Source of the DNA: Candidatus Bathyarchaeia archaeon
GTDB taxonomy: Archaea; Thermoproteota; Bathyarchaeia; Bathyarchaeales; Bathycorpusculaceae
NCBI GenBank assembly: GCA_038882955.1
Contig: JAVZNC010000001.1
Location: forward strand, 224,001 to 288,000
DNA length: 64,000 bases
Direction of reading: 5' to 3'
The notes under the pieces were generated by a model that worked only from the letters and a program-made list of their open reading frames with translations, was not told the origin of the DNA and did no database searches. Positions 38,800 to 48,712 of this stretch are shown here, in pieces; within the stretch, counting starts at the first letter, position 1, and each line of letters starts with the position of its first letter. The position numbers and the translations under genes were made by a program.

Positions 38800-39047
38800 T
38801 TTTCCTCCTCAACATGAATTATGTAATTATCCTTTGTTGGATTCGCCAAAAGCCGCTTACACATCTCCTCTGCCCTTAACATAGCGTCTCGCTTCGAGTC
38901 AGCATCAAGAATTACAGTATAAACTTTGCTTACGCCTACGCTTCCAACGTTAAAGCCAAGCTCCCTTAACAAACGCGCTGTGGTTTCGCCTTCGGGGTCA
39001 CTGTGGCCAGGTTTTAGGCATACCTCGATTCTTAAACAGTATTTCAT
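38796..39047 (-). CDS. purS: FGAM synthase subunit PurS
   Basis: LKPGHSDPEG, LLANP. Confidence 0.92.
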   Translation of the reverse strand: MKYCLRIEVCLKPGHSDPEGETTARLLRELGFNVGSVGVSKVYTVILDADSKRDAMLRAEEMCKRLLANPTKDNYIIHVEEEK

Positions 39048-39103
39048 AGGCTAACTTTCGAGGTTAAGGGATTTAAACACTTTTATCACGAGCAAAGCAA
39101 ATG

Positions 39104-40183
39104 TTACTTCAAGACTATCTTCTTACTCTTATAGTGAACTTTTATGCCGCCAGAACCCGTTATAAAACCAATTTGCTCGCTTTCAACACCAGCCCGCTCC
39201 AAGATGCCTATTGCCTTATCCAAGTCTGTTTTATCCACAATTATTGCGAAACCCCAACCCATGTTGAAGGTCTTGAACATTTCATCATCAGCTATTTTGC
39301 CGCCCAACACAACAGCAGTTTTCTGAATAAGCTCGAAAATCGGTTGAGGCTTAAAATTGGTAAACTCGAAACCTATACCTTTAGAAAACTTCTGCAGATT
39401 GCCAAATTTTAGGTAGGCGTCTCCCGTGATGTGAACAGCAGCCTTAACCCTAACATTTTCAGCAACCCTAAGTAAAGGCTTAACATAAATCTTCATTGGC
39501 TCCAAAACCTCGTAAACGATTTCCCTCTCGAAGCCATCAGGAACATCAAAGGGCTCATATTTTCCACCCCAACACTTAAAGAGAATTTTCCTCGCCAAAG
39601 TAACGCCATTGCTGTGAATGCCAGAACTGCGCATACCAACTATAGCGTCGCCAGGCTTTATGTCCCTGCCATAGATTATTTTATCATCAGCAACCTCGCC
39701 AACCGTCGCAACAACTAAATCAAAACCCTTACCCTCAACCAAACCCCTTATGACCTCAGCGACATCACCAATCTCACCACTAGGCACAACACACTCACTT
39801 TCCAAAGCGCCCCGAGTTATGCCCTTCAACAACTCACCAATCAACTCTGGGTCAGAAACCTGCGCATGAATATTATCCGCAATCGCCAAAGGCTTAGCAC
39901 CAGACCTTATGACGTCATTAACAGCCAATGCAACAGCATCAACCCCAATAGTATCATACTTCCCAGCCAACTGCGCAACAAGAACCTTCGAGCCAACACC
40001 CTCAACAACAAAATCCAAATAACGACCATCACCTATAGGAAAAATGTTCCCATAGGGAAGATGAACAACATTCCCATAACAACTAAACTTGTAAGTATCC
40101 CTCAAAAACCGCAGCATCCTCTTAGACCTAGCTCTAACCGCCCTATTAACACCAACCCTTGCGTAAGTAAACTCCCGAACCAT
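39104..40183 (-). CDS. purM: AIR synthetase
   Basis: YARVGV, EGVGSK, SSGIHSNG, HITG, TFNMGWG; start set at MVREF. Confidence 0.93.
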   Translation of the reverse strand: MVREFTYARVGVNRAVRARSKRMLRFLRDTYKFSCYGNVVHLPYGNIFPIGDGRYLDFVVEGVGSKVLVAQLAGKYDTIGVDAVALAVNDVIRSGAKPLAIADNIHAQVSDPELIGELLKGITRGALESECVVPSGEIGDVAEVIRGLVEGKGFDLVVATVGEVADDKIIYGRDIKPGDAIVGMRSSGIHSNGVTLARKILFKCWGGKYEPFDVPDGFEREIVYEVLEPMKIYVKPLLRVAENVRVKAAVHITGDAYLKFGNLQKFSKGIGFEFTNFKPQPIFELIQKTAVVLGGKIADDEMFKTFNMGWGFAIIVDKTDLDKAIGILERAGVESEQIGFITGSGGIKVHYKSKKIVLK

Positions 40184-40279
40184 CTTTAACAGTCCTCTCA
40201 AACGTAGATATATGAATAAACACTTGCAGTATATAGCAATTTCAACCCTAAACCAAAACCCTAGGCATAAAACAAGAGG

Positions 40280-40344
40280 GGGCAAGCGGAATCTATGGAG
40301 ACCGAAAGGAGAAGGGAGGAAAAACTTTGATGTCCCGCTTGCCC
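40280..40344. repeat. 10-bp inverted repeat with a 45-nt loop
   Basis: GGGCAAGCGG (40280-89) / CCGCTTGCCC (40335-44); U-rich tail on the minus strand. Confidence 0.6.
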
Positions 40345-40749
40345 TTACCTCCATTGACTTAACTTAGAATGTTGCGGATCTTGCTCTGTAATATAAGTAG
40401 CTGCAACATGCGCATCGTTCTTTATTTCTTTTAATCGCAAAATGATATTTAACAAAACACGATATTGTTTTAGAAAGTTAATTCCTTCGGCACTGGTTTT
40501 ATAAAAAACGCGTCCGTTAACTATGTGAACTTCGATTAAACGCATTTTGATAAGAACACGTAAATACTGTTTTAATTGAGTATAGTTAATATTCGCGTAA
40601 TTAGCAATTGAAAATCTGGTCACGTACTTATCGCGGGCATCCTCAAGAATTAGGGATACTATTTCAAAATGGCTTCTATGTTTTTTACCGAAATTCACAT
40701 GCTTAGATGCCGCATCTTTGCAAGCGAACATTACCAAACGCCACACCAT
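40345..40749 (-). CDS. Winged-helix DNA-binding protein (COG3432-like)
   Basis: RSHFEIVSLIL..ANINYTQLKQYL..YKTSAEG. Confidence 0.75.
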   Translation of the reverse strand: MVWRLVMFACKDAASKHVNFGKKHRSHFEIVSLILEDARDKYVTRFSIANYANINYTQLKQYLRVLIKMRLIEVHIVNGRVFYKTSAEGINFLKQYRVLLNIILRLKEIKNDAHVAATYITEQDPQHSKLSQWR

Positions 40750-40899
40750 ATAAATTTGCTTTTTTGAATAAATTACGGCTTTTTTCTGCAGATATAATTG
40801 AAAGACAGGCTGTTAAAATTGAAAGAATTGAAGAGAAACGAACAATTTAAGTAAGACGTATAACTAACTTTCAATTGAAATTATTGAAAGGGGTTAAAC

Positions 40900-41532
40900 T
40901 TGCAAGAACTATTAACACGCAATGAAATGAAATTTCTACAGGAAGTTTGTAACATGGATTTCAAGTCTGTTAGTGCCCGCTTAAGAGAAGGTGAGTACCA
41001 ATATGATCTAGCTAAAACAATAGCTTCCTTCCAGCTAGAACTTTACTTTCCAGACGTAAAAGACATAACGGCGAGGCTTTATGGTGAAGAGAAAGTTAAT
41101 GACATACGATTTATACGTAAGATTCAGACGATTCTAAAGAAAATGGAAAAAAGCGGCATTATTCAAATACTTCCAAAAGAAAGACCTTGGGACTTGCAAA
41201 GGTATGCAATTCTTAGCTATAAATTCCGAGATGCTGATAAAAGAGATGTTATTCTTGCATCAGATCAGCAAATAAAACAAGCCAAGGAGAAAATACATGA
41301 ACTGACCCAGCAAGAAAAAAGTGGATGGCATAAAAACGCTGTGCTGTTATTGATTCTAACAGCAATCATAAGCGGGTCTTACTTGTTAAGTATATGGGCT
41401 TTAACTCAACCAATAATAAATTTGCTGATCTTTATCCCAGCATTCTCTATAACAGTTGCTTTCTCAATGCTATTCGGAAAAGTGCTCTCTGAAAATTACA
41501 GTTTAAACAAATCTAACAATGGTTTGAGGTGA
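40900..41532 (+). CDS. Putative membrane-bound winged-helix regulator
   Basis: IQTILKKMEKSGII..Y wing motif; two C-terminal TM helices. Confidence 0.68.
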   Translation: MQELLTRNEMKFLQEVCNMDFKSVSARLREGEYQYDLAKTIASFQLELYFPDVKDITARLYGEEKVNDIRFIRKIQTILKKMEKSGIIQILPKERPWDLQRYAILSYKFRDADKRDVILASDQQIKQAKEKIHELTQQEKSGWHKNAVLLLILTAIISGSYLLSIWALTQPIINLLIFIPAFSITVAFSMLFGKVLSENYSLNKSNNGLR

Positions 41533-41539
41533 ATTAGAA

Positions 41540-43144
41540 TTGACTGAAAAAATATACGTCGTGTTTGAGATAGCACTGCTTGCTGCGATATTTTTAACAA
41601 ATATCGATTCGGTGACTTTTGCCAATCCTAAAACAAACACAAATACATGGATAGTAGCTAAAGACGGTACGGGAAATTTCAGCACAATTTACGAAGCTGT
41701 ATCAAATGACAACGTATCTACTGGTGATGTAATTTTTGTACGAACAGGATTATACGCTGAAAACCTAGTTATCAGCAAGAGCATATCTTTAATCGGAGAA
41801 GATCCAGACTCAACAATAATATGTGGTGATGGTGTCAAGAGTGTTATCCACATAAACGCTGACGATGTCAAAATCATAAACTTTACCATCACTGGAAGTG
41901 GTACACTGCTATCGCATAGCGCCATATATGTTAATAGTTCCAGTCGAATTACAATAAGCTACAATAAAATAACAGGTAACAACAATGGAATCAGTCTTTT
42001 TTCTTCGGTTGATGATCTGATTTTGGGTAACACTATTAAAAATAACAGTCTCTATGGTATTTTTTCCGCAGCTTTACGCAATAGTTCAATTATCAACAAC
42101 ACTATTATAAATAACGGAAAAGGCATCGTCTTTTATACATCAACAGACAATTACATTGTAAGCAACACTATTAAGAACAGTGCTTCAGAGGGAATTTATC
42201 TCTACACTTCTAGCGATAATGTTATTTACCATAATAATTTCCAGAATACGCAACAAGCGTGGAGTGATGCGCCAAATATTTGGGATTACGCTGGTGAGGG
42301 AAATTATTGGAGTAACTATAAAGGTTCAGACTTCTACAAAGGTTTATACCAGAATGAAACGGGTAGTGATGGTATAGGTGATGAACCATATATTATTGAT
42401 AAATACAATTATGATCACTTTCCGCTTATGGGTACATGTTTGCTTTACGATATTAACTTTGAAGCTGAAAATTATCAACTAATCTTAATCAGCAATTCAA
42501 CGATTTCGAATTTTAGTTTCAGAGTTAGCATGGAAACCGGAAACAAAGTGATAAGTTTTAATGTTGTTGGGGACGATGATAGCGTTGGTTTCTGTAGAGT
42601 CTCTATTCCGACACAGCTTATGAATTATACCATCATCATACTTGTGGACTATGAAGAAGTTGCTCCAGCATTATTGAGCTCCACAGAAACATATATGAAC
42701 ATCTATTTCGCCTATACTCAAAGCATTCATACCGTTACAATGATTTCTTCAAGAACTTTAGCTCTCTACAGCGCCCTTCTTGCTGAGCATATACAACTAC
42801 AAGAAAAATTTAGCAGCTTAAATGCATCTTATTATGAACTATTAAACAATACTTTGTCGCTGCTAACTCTTTACGACGCCCTTCTTGCTGAGCATATACA
42901 ACTACAAGAAAAATTTAGCAGCTTAAATGCATCTTATTATGAACTATTAAACAATACTTTGTCGCTGCTAAATGATTATCAACAGCTCAGGAATAACTAT
43001 ACAGAGTTATACAATTTTTACAGTGAACTTTTACGAAGACACAATGAGAATTCGCAGAATATCCAAGCTTTAGTATATGCTTTCATAACTGCGATAACAA
43101 TCTTTACGGCGGTCACCATTTATTTATCAAAACAACATGTGTAA
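41540..43144 (+). CDS. Surface protein: NosD/right-handed beta-helix, coiled-coil stalk, C-terminal TM
   Basis: Signal peptide, GIxLxxSxxNxIxxNxI repeats, GNYWSNY, DGIGDEPY..DHFPLM. Confidence 0.85.
   Translation: MTEKIYVVFEIALLAAIFLTNIDSVTFANPKTNTNTWIVAKDGTGNFSTIYEAVSNDNVSTGDVIFVRTGLYAENLVISKSISLIGEDPDSTIICGDGVKSVIHINADDVKIINFTITGSGTLLSHSAIYVNSSSRITISYNKITGNNNGISLFSSVDDLILGNTIKNNSLYGIFSAALRNSSIINNTIINNGKGIVFYTSTDNYIVSNTIKNSASEGIYLYTSSDNVIYHNNFQNTQQAWSDAPNIWDYAGEGNYWSNYKGSDFYKGLYQNETGSDGIGDEPYIIDKYNYDHFPLMGTCLLYDINFEAENYQLILISNSTISNFSFRVSMETGNKVISFNVVGDDDSVGFCRVSIPTQLMNYTIIILVDYEEVAPALLSSTETYMNIYFAYTQSIHTVTMISSRTLALYSALLAEHIQLQEKFSSLNASYYELLNNTLSLLTLYDALLAEHIQLQEKFSSLNASYYELLNNTLSLLNDYQQLRNNYTELYNFYSELLRRHNENSQNIQALVYAFITAITIFTAVTIYLSKQHV
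42762..42971 (+). repeat. 105-bp tandem duplication (35 aa, five heptads)
   Basis: 42772-42866 is identical to 42877-42971. Confidence 0.93.
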
Positions 43145-43188
43145 TACGCTGAGAGAAATATAAAGTGCTTAAACGGTTGTGTTTCGAT

Positions 43189-43719
43189 CTATTTGATAAA
43201 TTCTCTTCCTTTTTTGTAAGCTTGTTTGCTTGTCTCTGCATCTTCTTTTTTGATGCAGTCTTCGATTGCTTTTTCAACGGCATGTTCGCTTACGATGCCA
43301 GTTGCTTCTATCAATACTCCAAGCATAATCATGTTTGCGTAAATCTTCGCTCTAAACAGTTTCTCCGCGCTTTCCGTTGCTGGCACCTTAATTATTTTTG
43401 CACGTGCTTGTGGAATCTCTTTTACAACGCTGCTGTCGACAATTAATATACCATTCTCCTTCAAGTCTGCCATATTCTTTTCAACTGCCTCTTGGCTCAT
43501 CGCTATCAGTATATCGCATTTTCTAACAAACGGGAAGCCTATTTTTTCGTCTGAGATTATTATTTCGCTTTTTGCTGCACTTCCTCTTGCTTCTGCGCCG
43601 TAGCTTTGTGTTTGCACTACGTTTTTTTCCTCGTAGGCGGCTGCCTTGCCGAGAATTTGGCCTGCAAGTACGACGCCTTGCCCGCCTAATCCGCATATTC
43701 TTATTTCAGTTTTCCCCAT
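43189..43719 (-). CDS. korC: 2-oxoacid:ferredoxin oxidoreductase gamma subunit
   Basis: GLGGQGV, QSYGAEARGS, ANMIMLG. Confidence 0.88.
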   Translation of the reverse strand: MGKTEIRICGLGGQGVVLAGQILGKAAAYEEKNVVQTQSYGAEARGSAAKSEIIISDEKIGFPFVRKCDILIAMSQEAVEKNMADLKENGILIVDSSVVKEIPQARAKIIKVPATESAEKLFRAKIYANMIMLGVLIEATGIVSEHAVEKAIEDCIKKEDAETSKQAYKKGREFIK

Positions 43720-44548
43720 GCTGCTTTGCCTCCTCTATTGTTTTGTAAATGTTTTCGACGAGTGTTGGCTTTTTCCGCTGGATGAATTCGCCGACGACTA
43801 TTTTCCCGTTCAGTTCTTCTTCGTTTAGTTTTTCTGCCTCTTCGATTGAAATTGCGTTTTCTTTGAACCATTTTAGCATTTGCGCAGCGTCTTTGAAGCC
43901 GACTCTTCTGCCGTAGGCTGTTGGGCATTGGCTTATGGCTTCGATGAATCTGAAGCCTTTGATGTTTACGGCTTTTTTTATTGACTCTTTTAGTTGGTTT
44001 GGGTGGGCTGTTGTCCAGCGTGCAACGTAACATGCGCCCGCCGTTACGGCGAGTCTTGCAGAGTCCAGCGGGCTTTCGAAGCTTCCATACGGGGTTGTTG
44101 TTGTTCTGGCTTTTAGCGGTGTTGTCGGCGCAACTTGTCCGCCTGTCATCCCGTAAATCATGTTGTTAACCATTATAACTAGGATATCCATGTTTCTTCT
44201 GGCTGCGTGGATAAAGTGGCTTAAGCCTATCCCGACTATGTCGCCATCTCCGCCGAAAACGACAACATTGAGGTCTGGGCGCATGAGTTTTATTCCAGTA
44301 GCCACTGGTATGCTTCTTCCATGCAGCGTGTGAATGGAGTCCGCTTCAAAGTATGGTGATGGAATCCATGATGAACAACCAATTCCACTGCAGAAAACAA
44401 ACTTATCCATGTTTTCGTAGCCAAGTTCATGTATCGCTCTCAGAAATTCGCTCATAACCGTGAATGCGCCACATCCAGCGCAAAATGGCAGCGAGAGCGG
44501 TCTCAAATATTTTTTAATGGAGAATTGTCCGCTCATTTTTGGATGCAC
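43706..44548 (-). CDS. korB: 2-oxoacid:ferredoxin oxidoreductase beta subunit
   Basis: CAGCG, SGIGCS, GGDGD, NNMIYGMTGGQ. Confidence 0.9.
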   Translation of the reverse strand: MHPKMSGQFSIKKYLRPLSLPFCAGCGAFTVMSEFLRAIHELGYENMDKFVFCSGIGCSSWIPSPYFEADSIHTLHGRSIPVATGIKLMRPDLNVVVFGGDGDIVGIGLSHFIHAARRNMDILVIMVNNMIYGMTGGQVAPTTPLKARTTTTPYGSFESPLDSARLAVTAGACYVARWTTAHPNQLKESIKKAVNIKGFRFIEAISQCPTAYGRRVGFKDAAQMLKWFKENAISIEEAEKLNEEELNGKIVVGEFIQRKKPTLVENIYKTIEEAKQHGEN

Positions 44549-45660
44549 TCCTTAATTTTTTCGAAAATTTCTTCCGGCGTTATTGGTTCTCCACCGCCAA
44601 TTTTGTTTAGAGCGACAACTTTAGCTGAACAACCCGCAACTCTTTGAACTTCATAGTATATTTGGCTCAAGTTCATTTCTGGGACTATTATTGTTTTTGC
44701 TTTTTGTGCTAGTTTTTTGACGGGTTCTTCTGGGAAGGGCCATACAGTCTTTAGGCGAACGTATCCAACTTTTATTCCTTCGGATTCTGCGCATTCAACA
44801 GCTTCGTAAATTGCCCGTGAGGTACATCCAAACGCAACTATGCCAACCTTGCAGTCGCCAATTTTGTAGGTTTCAACGTCTGCAATTTCTTCTGCGTGCA
44901 ATTTTATCTTGTTGTTAATTCGTTCCACAAGGCGCTTATGCACTTGCGGATCTGCTGTAAAGCGTATTCCGTACTCGTTATGTGTTGAACCCGTAACAGC
45001 CACGTGAAATCCTTCGCCGACGGATGGCATTGGCGGAACTTCTTCTAGACCGAAAAATGCCTTTTCGTCTGGTCTTGGTTTTCTGCGGTTAACAATTTTT
45101 ATTTTTTCTGGTGACGGCACTTTAACTTGCTCCCTCATGTGGGCGACGATTTCATCTGCTAAAAGTATGACTGGGGTGCGATATTTTTCGGCTAGGTTAA
45201 AAGCTTCTATCGTTAGCTCAAACATTTCTTGCACGGAGTTCGGCGACAACGCTATTGCCGAATAGTCGCCGTGCGTTCCCCATCTGGCTTGCATAATGTC
45301 GCCTTGCCCGCACTTTGTTGCTTGTCCCGTGCTTGGCCCAAGCCTTTGAACATCCACTATTACGCATGGAGTCTCTGTCATAAAAGCCCAGCCGATGGTT
45401 TCCTGCATGAGGTCGAAGCCTGGTCCAGAGGTTGCCGTCATTGCTTTTGTTCCTGTCCAGCTTGCGCCTACAACCGCGCCTATTGAGGCTATTTCATCTT
45501 CCATTTGAATGGCTATTCCGCCCACTTTTGGAAGCTTCTTCGTCATGTGTTCTGCGATTTCGCTTGCTGGTGTTATTGGGTATCCAGCGAAAAACCTGCA
45601 TCCAGCGATTATTGCGGCTTCAACGCATGCTTCGTTTCCCTGCCAGAAATTAATTTCCAT
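44533..45660 (-). CDS. korA: 2-oxoacid:ferredoxin oxidoreductase alpha subunit
   Basis: GYPITPASE, QMEDEI, TATSGPG, QRLGPSTG. Confidence 0.9.
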   Translation of the reverse strand: MEINFWQGNEACVEAAIIAGCRFFAGYPITPASEIAEHMTKKLPKVGGIAIQMEDEIASIGAVVGASWTGTKAMTATSGPGFDLMQETIGWAFMTETPCVIVDVQRLGPSTGQATKCGQGDIMQARWGTHGDYSAIALSPNSVQEMFELTIEAFNLAEKYRTPVILLADEIVAHMREQVKVPSPEKIKIVNRRKPRPDEKAFFGLEEVPPMPSVGEGFHVAVTGSTHNEYGIRFTADPQVHKRLVERINNKIKLHAEEIADVETYKIGDCKVGIVAFGCTSRAIYEAVECAESEGIKVGYVRLKTVWPFPEEPVKKLAQKAKTIIVPEMNLSQIYYEVQRVAGCSAKVVALNKIGGGEPITPEEIFEKIKECIQK

Positions 45661-45734
45661 GAGGGATTTTCTCCTTGCATATATGCGCTAGCGGTTTTCG
45701 TCCCTAAAAGGTTTTATCTTGTAGCTTATGGATA

Positions 45735-47174
45735 GTGTTTGAAAGGCGGTTGAGAATGTTGGAGGATATGGCTGATTATGCCTTGAAGTATGCTGTGGAT
45801 AAAGGTGTTGAGTATGCAGAAGTGAGGGCTCAAAGGCAAGCTGAAGAGACGTTGATGTTGCGCAGCGGCATTTTGGAGGCTTATGTGTGGACTGTTGATA
45901 GTGGCTTTTGTGTTCGCGTGATAGCTGATGGTGGCATTGGGTTTACATCAACGAACAAGTGGACGAGGGACGAGGCAAGGGAGATGGTTGATTTGGCGAT
46001 TAAACATGCAAGAGCCGCAAGAAGAAGCGAAAAGATAGTTTTTGCAAAGGAGAAAAGTGTTGAAACGAAGTGGAGCGTTGAACAGAAACAGAAATTGGAG
46101 AACATTTCTCCAGAAGAAAAAATAGCGATGTTTGCTGAAGTCAACAAAGCCTTAACTTCTTGCGGCGTCAACATTGCTGCGACAATGTTCTCATGCACCG
46201 TGAACCTAATATCAAAGTATTATGTGAACTCCGAAGGTTCAAAAATAAGCTCCTTCAAACCGAGGATAGGCGCATACTCCTTCATCACCGTAATGGAGGA
46301 AGGAAAAACCGAGCAAGCATACCAGCAGTTTGGCTATAGCGGCGGATGGGAAGCCTTCAAGGAGTGGAAAATGGAAGAGAAAGCTATTCACGACGCGAAA
46401 GTTCTCAGAGAGGTTATAACAAAAGGTAAAGCCGTAAAGCCAGGCGTAATGGATTTGATTTGCGGTCCAAACGTTGCTGGAATAGCCGCTCATGAATCTT
46501 GTGGACACCCTATGGAAGCTGATAGAATTCTTGGGCGCGAAATGAGCCAGGCTGGAAGGTCCTTCATTTATAAAGGCGGACCGTACTGGATTGGCACCAG
46601 AATTGGGAGCAAAGTGGTCACAATAGTTGATGACCCGACCATAGAACACAGTTATGGCTATTATGCTTATGATGATGAAGGCGTGAAGGCTAGAAGACGC
46701 TACTTATACAAGGAAGGCGTGATCAACGAGTTTCTGCACAACCGCGAAAGCGCTGCAAAACTTGGAACTAGAAGCAATGGCTCTTCAAGGTCAATTAACT
46801 ATGATAGGGAAGCAATAGTGCGCATGGCAAACACCTTCGTTCTTCCAGGCGATTACACAGAAGAAGAGCTCATCGAGGATGTGAAATACGGCGTTTATAT
46901 GAAATCCTTCACGGAATGGAACATAGATGACAAACGCTTTAACCAGCGCTATGTGGGCAGAGAAGCCTACCTAATAGAAAATGGCGAAATAAAACATCCA
47001 TTGGCGAGACCAGTCATAGAAACAACAACTGAGAAGTTCTGGAAGGCTGTGGACGCTGTTTCAAAAAACGTGGAGTTTGAAGCAGCAACATGCGGCAAGG
47101 GAGACCCACCGCAGGGCGTTCCAGTGTTCACTGGTGGTCCACATATTAGGCTTAGGGGGGTGTACGTAAAATGA
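45735..47174 (+). CDS. tldD: TldD metalloprotease
   Basis: HESCGH, YDDEG, RMANT, CGKG. Confidence 0.9.
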   Translation: MFERRLRMLEDMADYALKYAVDKGVEYAEVRAQRQAEETLMLRSGILEAYVWTVDSGFCVRVIADGGIGFTSTNKWTRDEAREMVDLAIKHARAARRSEKIVFAKEKSVETKWSVEQKQKLENISPEEKIAMFAEVNKALTSCGVNIAATMFSCTVNLISKYYVNSEGSKISSFKPRIGAYSFITVMEEGKTEQAYQQFGYSGGWEAFKEWKMEEKAIHDAKVLREVITKGKAVKPGVMDLICGPNVAGIAAHESCGHPMEADRILGREMSQAGRSFIYKGGPYWIGTRIGSKVVTIVDDPTIEHSYGYYAYDDEGVKARRRYLYKEGVINEFLHNRESAAKLGTRSNGSSRSINYDREAIVRMANTFVLPGDYTEEELIEDVKYGVYMKSFTEWNIDDKRFNQRYVGREAYLIENGEIKHPLARPVIETTTEKFWKAVDAVSKNVEFEAATCGKGDPPQGVPVFTGGPHIRLRGVYVK

Positions 47175-48496
47175 GCGAAGTGCTTAACAAAACAGAGGAA
47201 ATTGTTAAGAAGGCAAAGGCGCTTGGCGCAGACGAAGTTTTGGCAAAAACAACCTTTGGAAGGTATAGGCAGATACGCTTCAGCAACAATCAAGTGGATA
47301 TTTCCGTCGCTTGGAATGATTATGTTACTGATGTGGCTTTGGCTTGGAAGAAAAGGGTTGTGGTAACGAAAATCTACAACTTTGCGGATGTCGATGGCAC
47401 TGTTAGGAGGCTTATGGATTTAGCCAAAATTTCACAGGAAAACCCAGCTTTCGGCGGTTTCGTCAAGGGCAAATTCAAATATGCCAAAAGCAAGGCTGAC
47501 GAGAAACTGCGTGAACTTGAAAATCCGACTGATTACGTTTTTGAAGCTATAAACGCAGCGGAAAAGGAGGCAGGCTCAAAAGTTGAGAGCGGGGGAATAC
47601 TCTTCACAAAATTCGAGGACGTCTACCTCGCGTCTTCGGAGGGACCAGTGGGCGTTGACAGTTGCTCAGCAATTGAACTCTCAATTAGGGCTTTCTCGGA
47701 GAGAGAAGCCTCTGGACATGGAGTAGAATGCAGCTCCATGCTGAAGAATTTTAAGCCTGAAAGGGCTGGACGGAAAGCAGGTGAGATTGCACGTTTAGCT
47801 AAGGGTCCAAAAGTTGGTGAGGAAGGTGTTTACGACGTTGTTTTTGACCCTTTGATTATGGGTTCGCTGCTTGCCACGTGGGCTTCTATGGCTTCAGCCT
47901 TCATGGTTATGGTAAGACTATCAGCATTCGTCGACAAACTTGGGCAGAGGGTAGCGCCTGAAATCATGACTTTGAAGGACAACGCAGCGCAGTATTCTTT
48001 GGCTAACCGCGCTTTTGACGATGAAGGCGCACCTACAAGGGAAAACGTGATTATTGACCATGGAATTCTCAAAACCTACTTGCATAACAATTCAACAGCA
48101 AAAATGTTTAAGACTGAAACCACTGGAAATGCGGGTTTGGTAATTCCAACAGCGTGGAATGTTGAAATGGAGCCTGGCGATGCGGAAAGAGAAGAGCTGT
48201 TTAAGGAAGTGAAGCGTGGATTGTATTTGACTAATACTTGGTATACGCGTTTCCAGAACTATGCGAAAGGCGATTTTTCAACAATTCCAAGAGACGGCAT
48301 ATTCCTAATCGAAAAAGGCGAAATCAAACAGTCTTTGAAGGACATACGCGTAAGCGACAACGTATTAAACTTGCTAAATAATATTGCGATGATTTCGAAA
48401 GAACGCCAGCACGTGCATTGGTGGGGAGAAGCAGACCCACCTTCACTTGCGCCGTATGTACTAATAAAAAACGTGCACATAACAAAATCAAGATAG
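47171..48496 (+). CDS. pmbA: PmbA/TldE partner subunit
   Basis: FDDEG, TGNA, GDFS; lacks HExxxH. Confidence 0.87.
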   Translation: MSEVLNKTEEIVKKAKALGADEVLAKTTFGRYRQIRFSNNQVDISVAWNDYVTDVALAWKKRVVVTKIYNFADVDGTVRRLMDLAKISQENPAFGGFVKGKFKYAKSKADEKLRELENPTDYVFEAINAAEKEAGSKVESGGILFTKFEDVYLASSEGPVGVDSCSAIELSIRAFSEREASGHGVECSSMLKNFKPERAGRKAGEIARLAKGPKVGEEGVYDVVFDPLIMGSLLATWASMASAFMVMVRLSAFVDKLGQRVAPEIMTLKDNAAQYSLANRAFDDEGAPTRENVIIDHGILKTYLHNNSTAKMFKTETTGNAGLVIPTAWNVEMEPGDAEREELFKEVKRGLYLTNTWYTRFQNYAKGDFSTIPRDGIFLIEKGEIKQSLKDIRVSDNVLNLLNNIAMISKERQHVHWWGEADPPSLAPYVLIKNVHITKSR

Positions 48497-48589
48497 AACA
48501 GCATCAACCCCCACTTTCTTTTTTACAACATAAAACACAAAATTTATGCCAATCACAAAACTATTCTAAAAACGCGGTTATGCAATTGT

Positions 48590-48666
48590 GCGGTCGTAGT
48601 CTAGCCTGGCTAGGACATCGGCCCCCCGCGCCGACGACCCGGGTTCAAATCCCGGCGACCGCACCA
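48590..48666 (+). tRNA. tRNA-Gly(CCC) with atypical C33
   Basis: Acceptor GCGGTCG/CGACCGC, anticodon stem TCGGC/GCCGA, loop CC-CCC-GC, T-arm CCGGG-TTCAAAT-CCCGG, encoded CCA. Confidence 0.9.
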
Positions 48667-48712
48667 ACAGTTAAGTACGCCTCAGCATGCGCTGTCATCA
48701 AACAACCGATTC

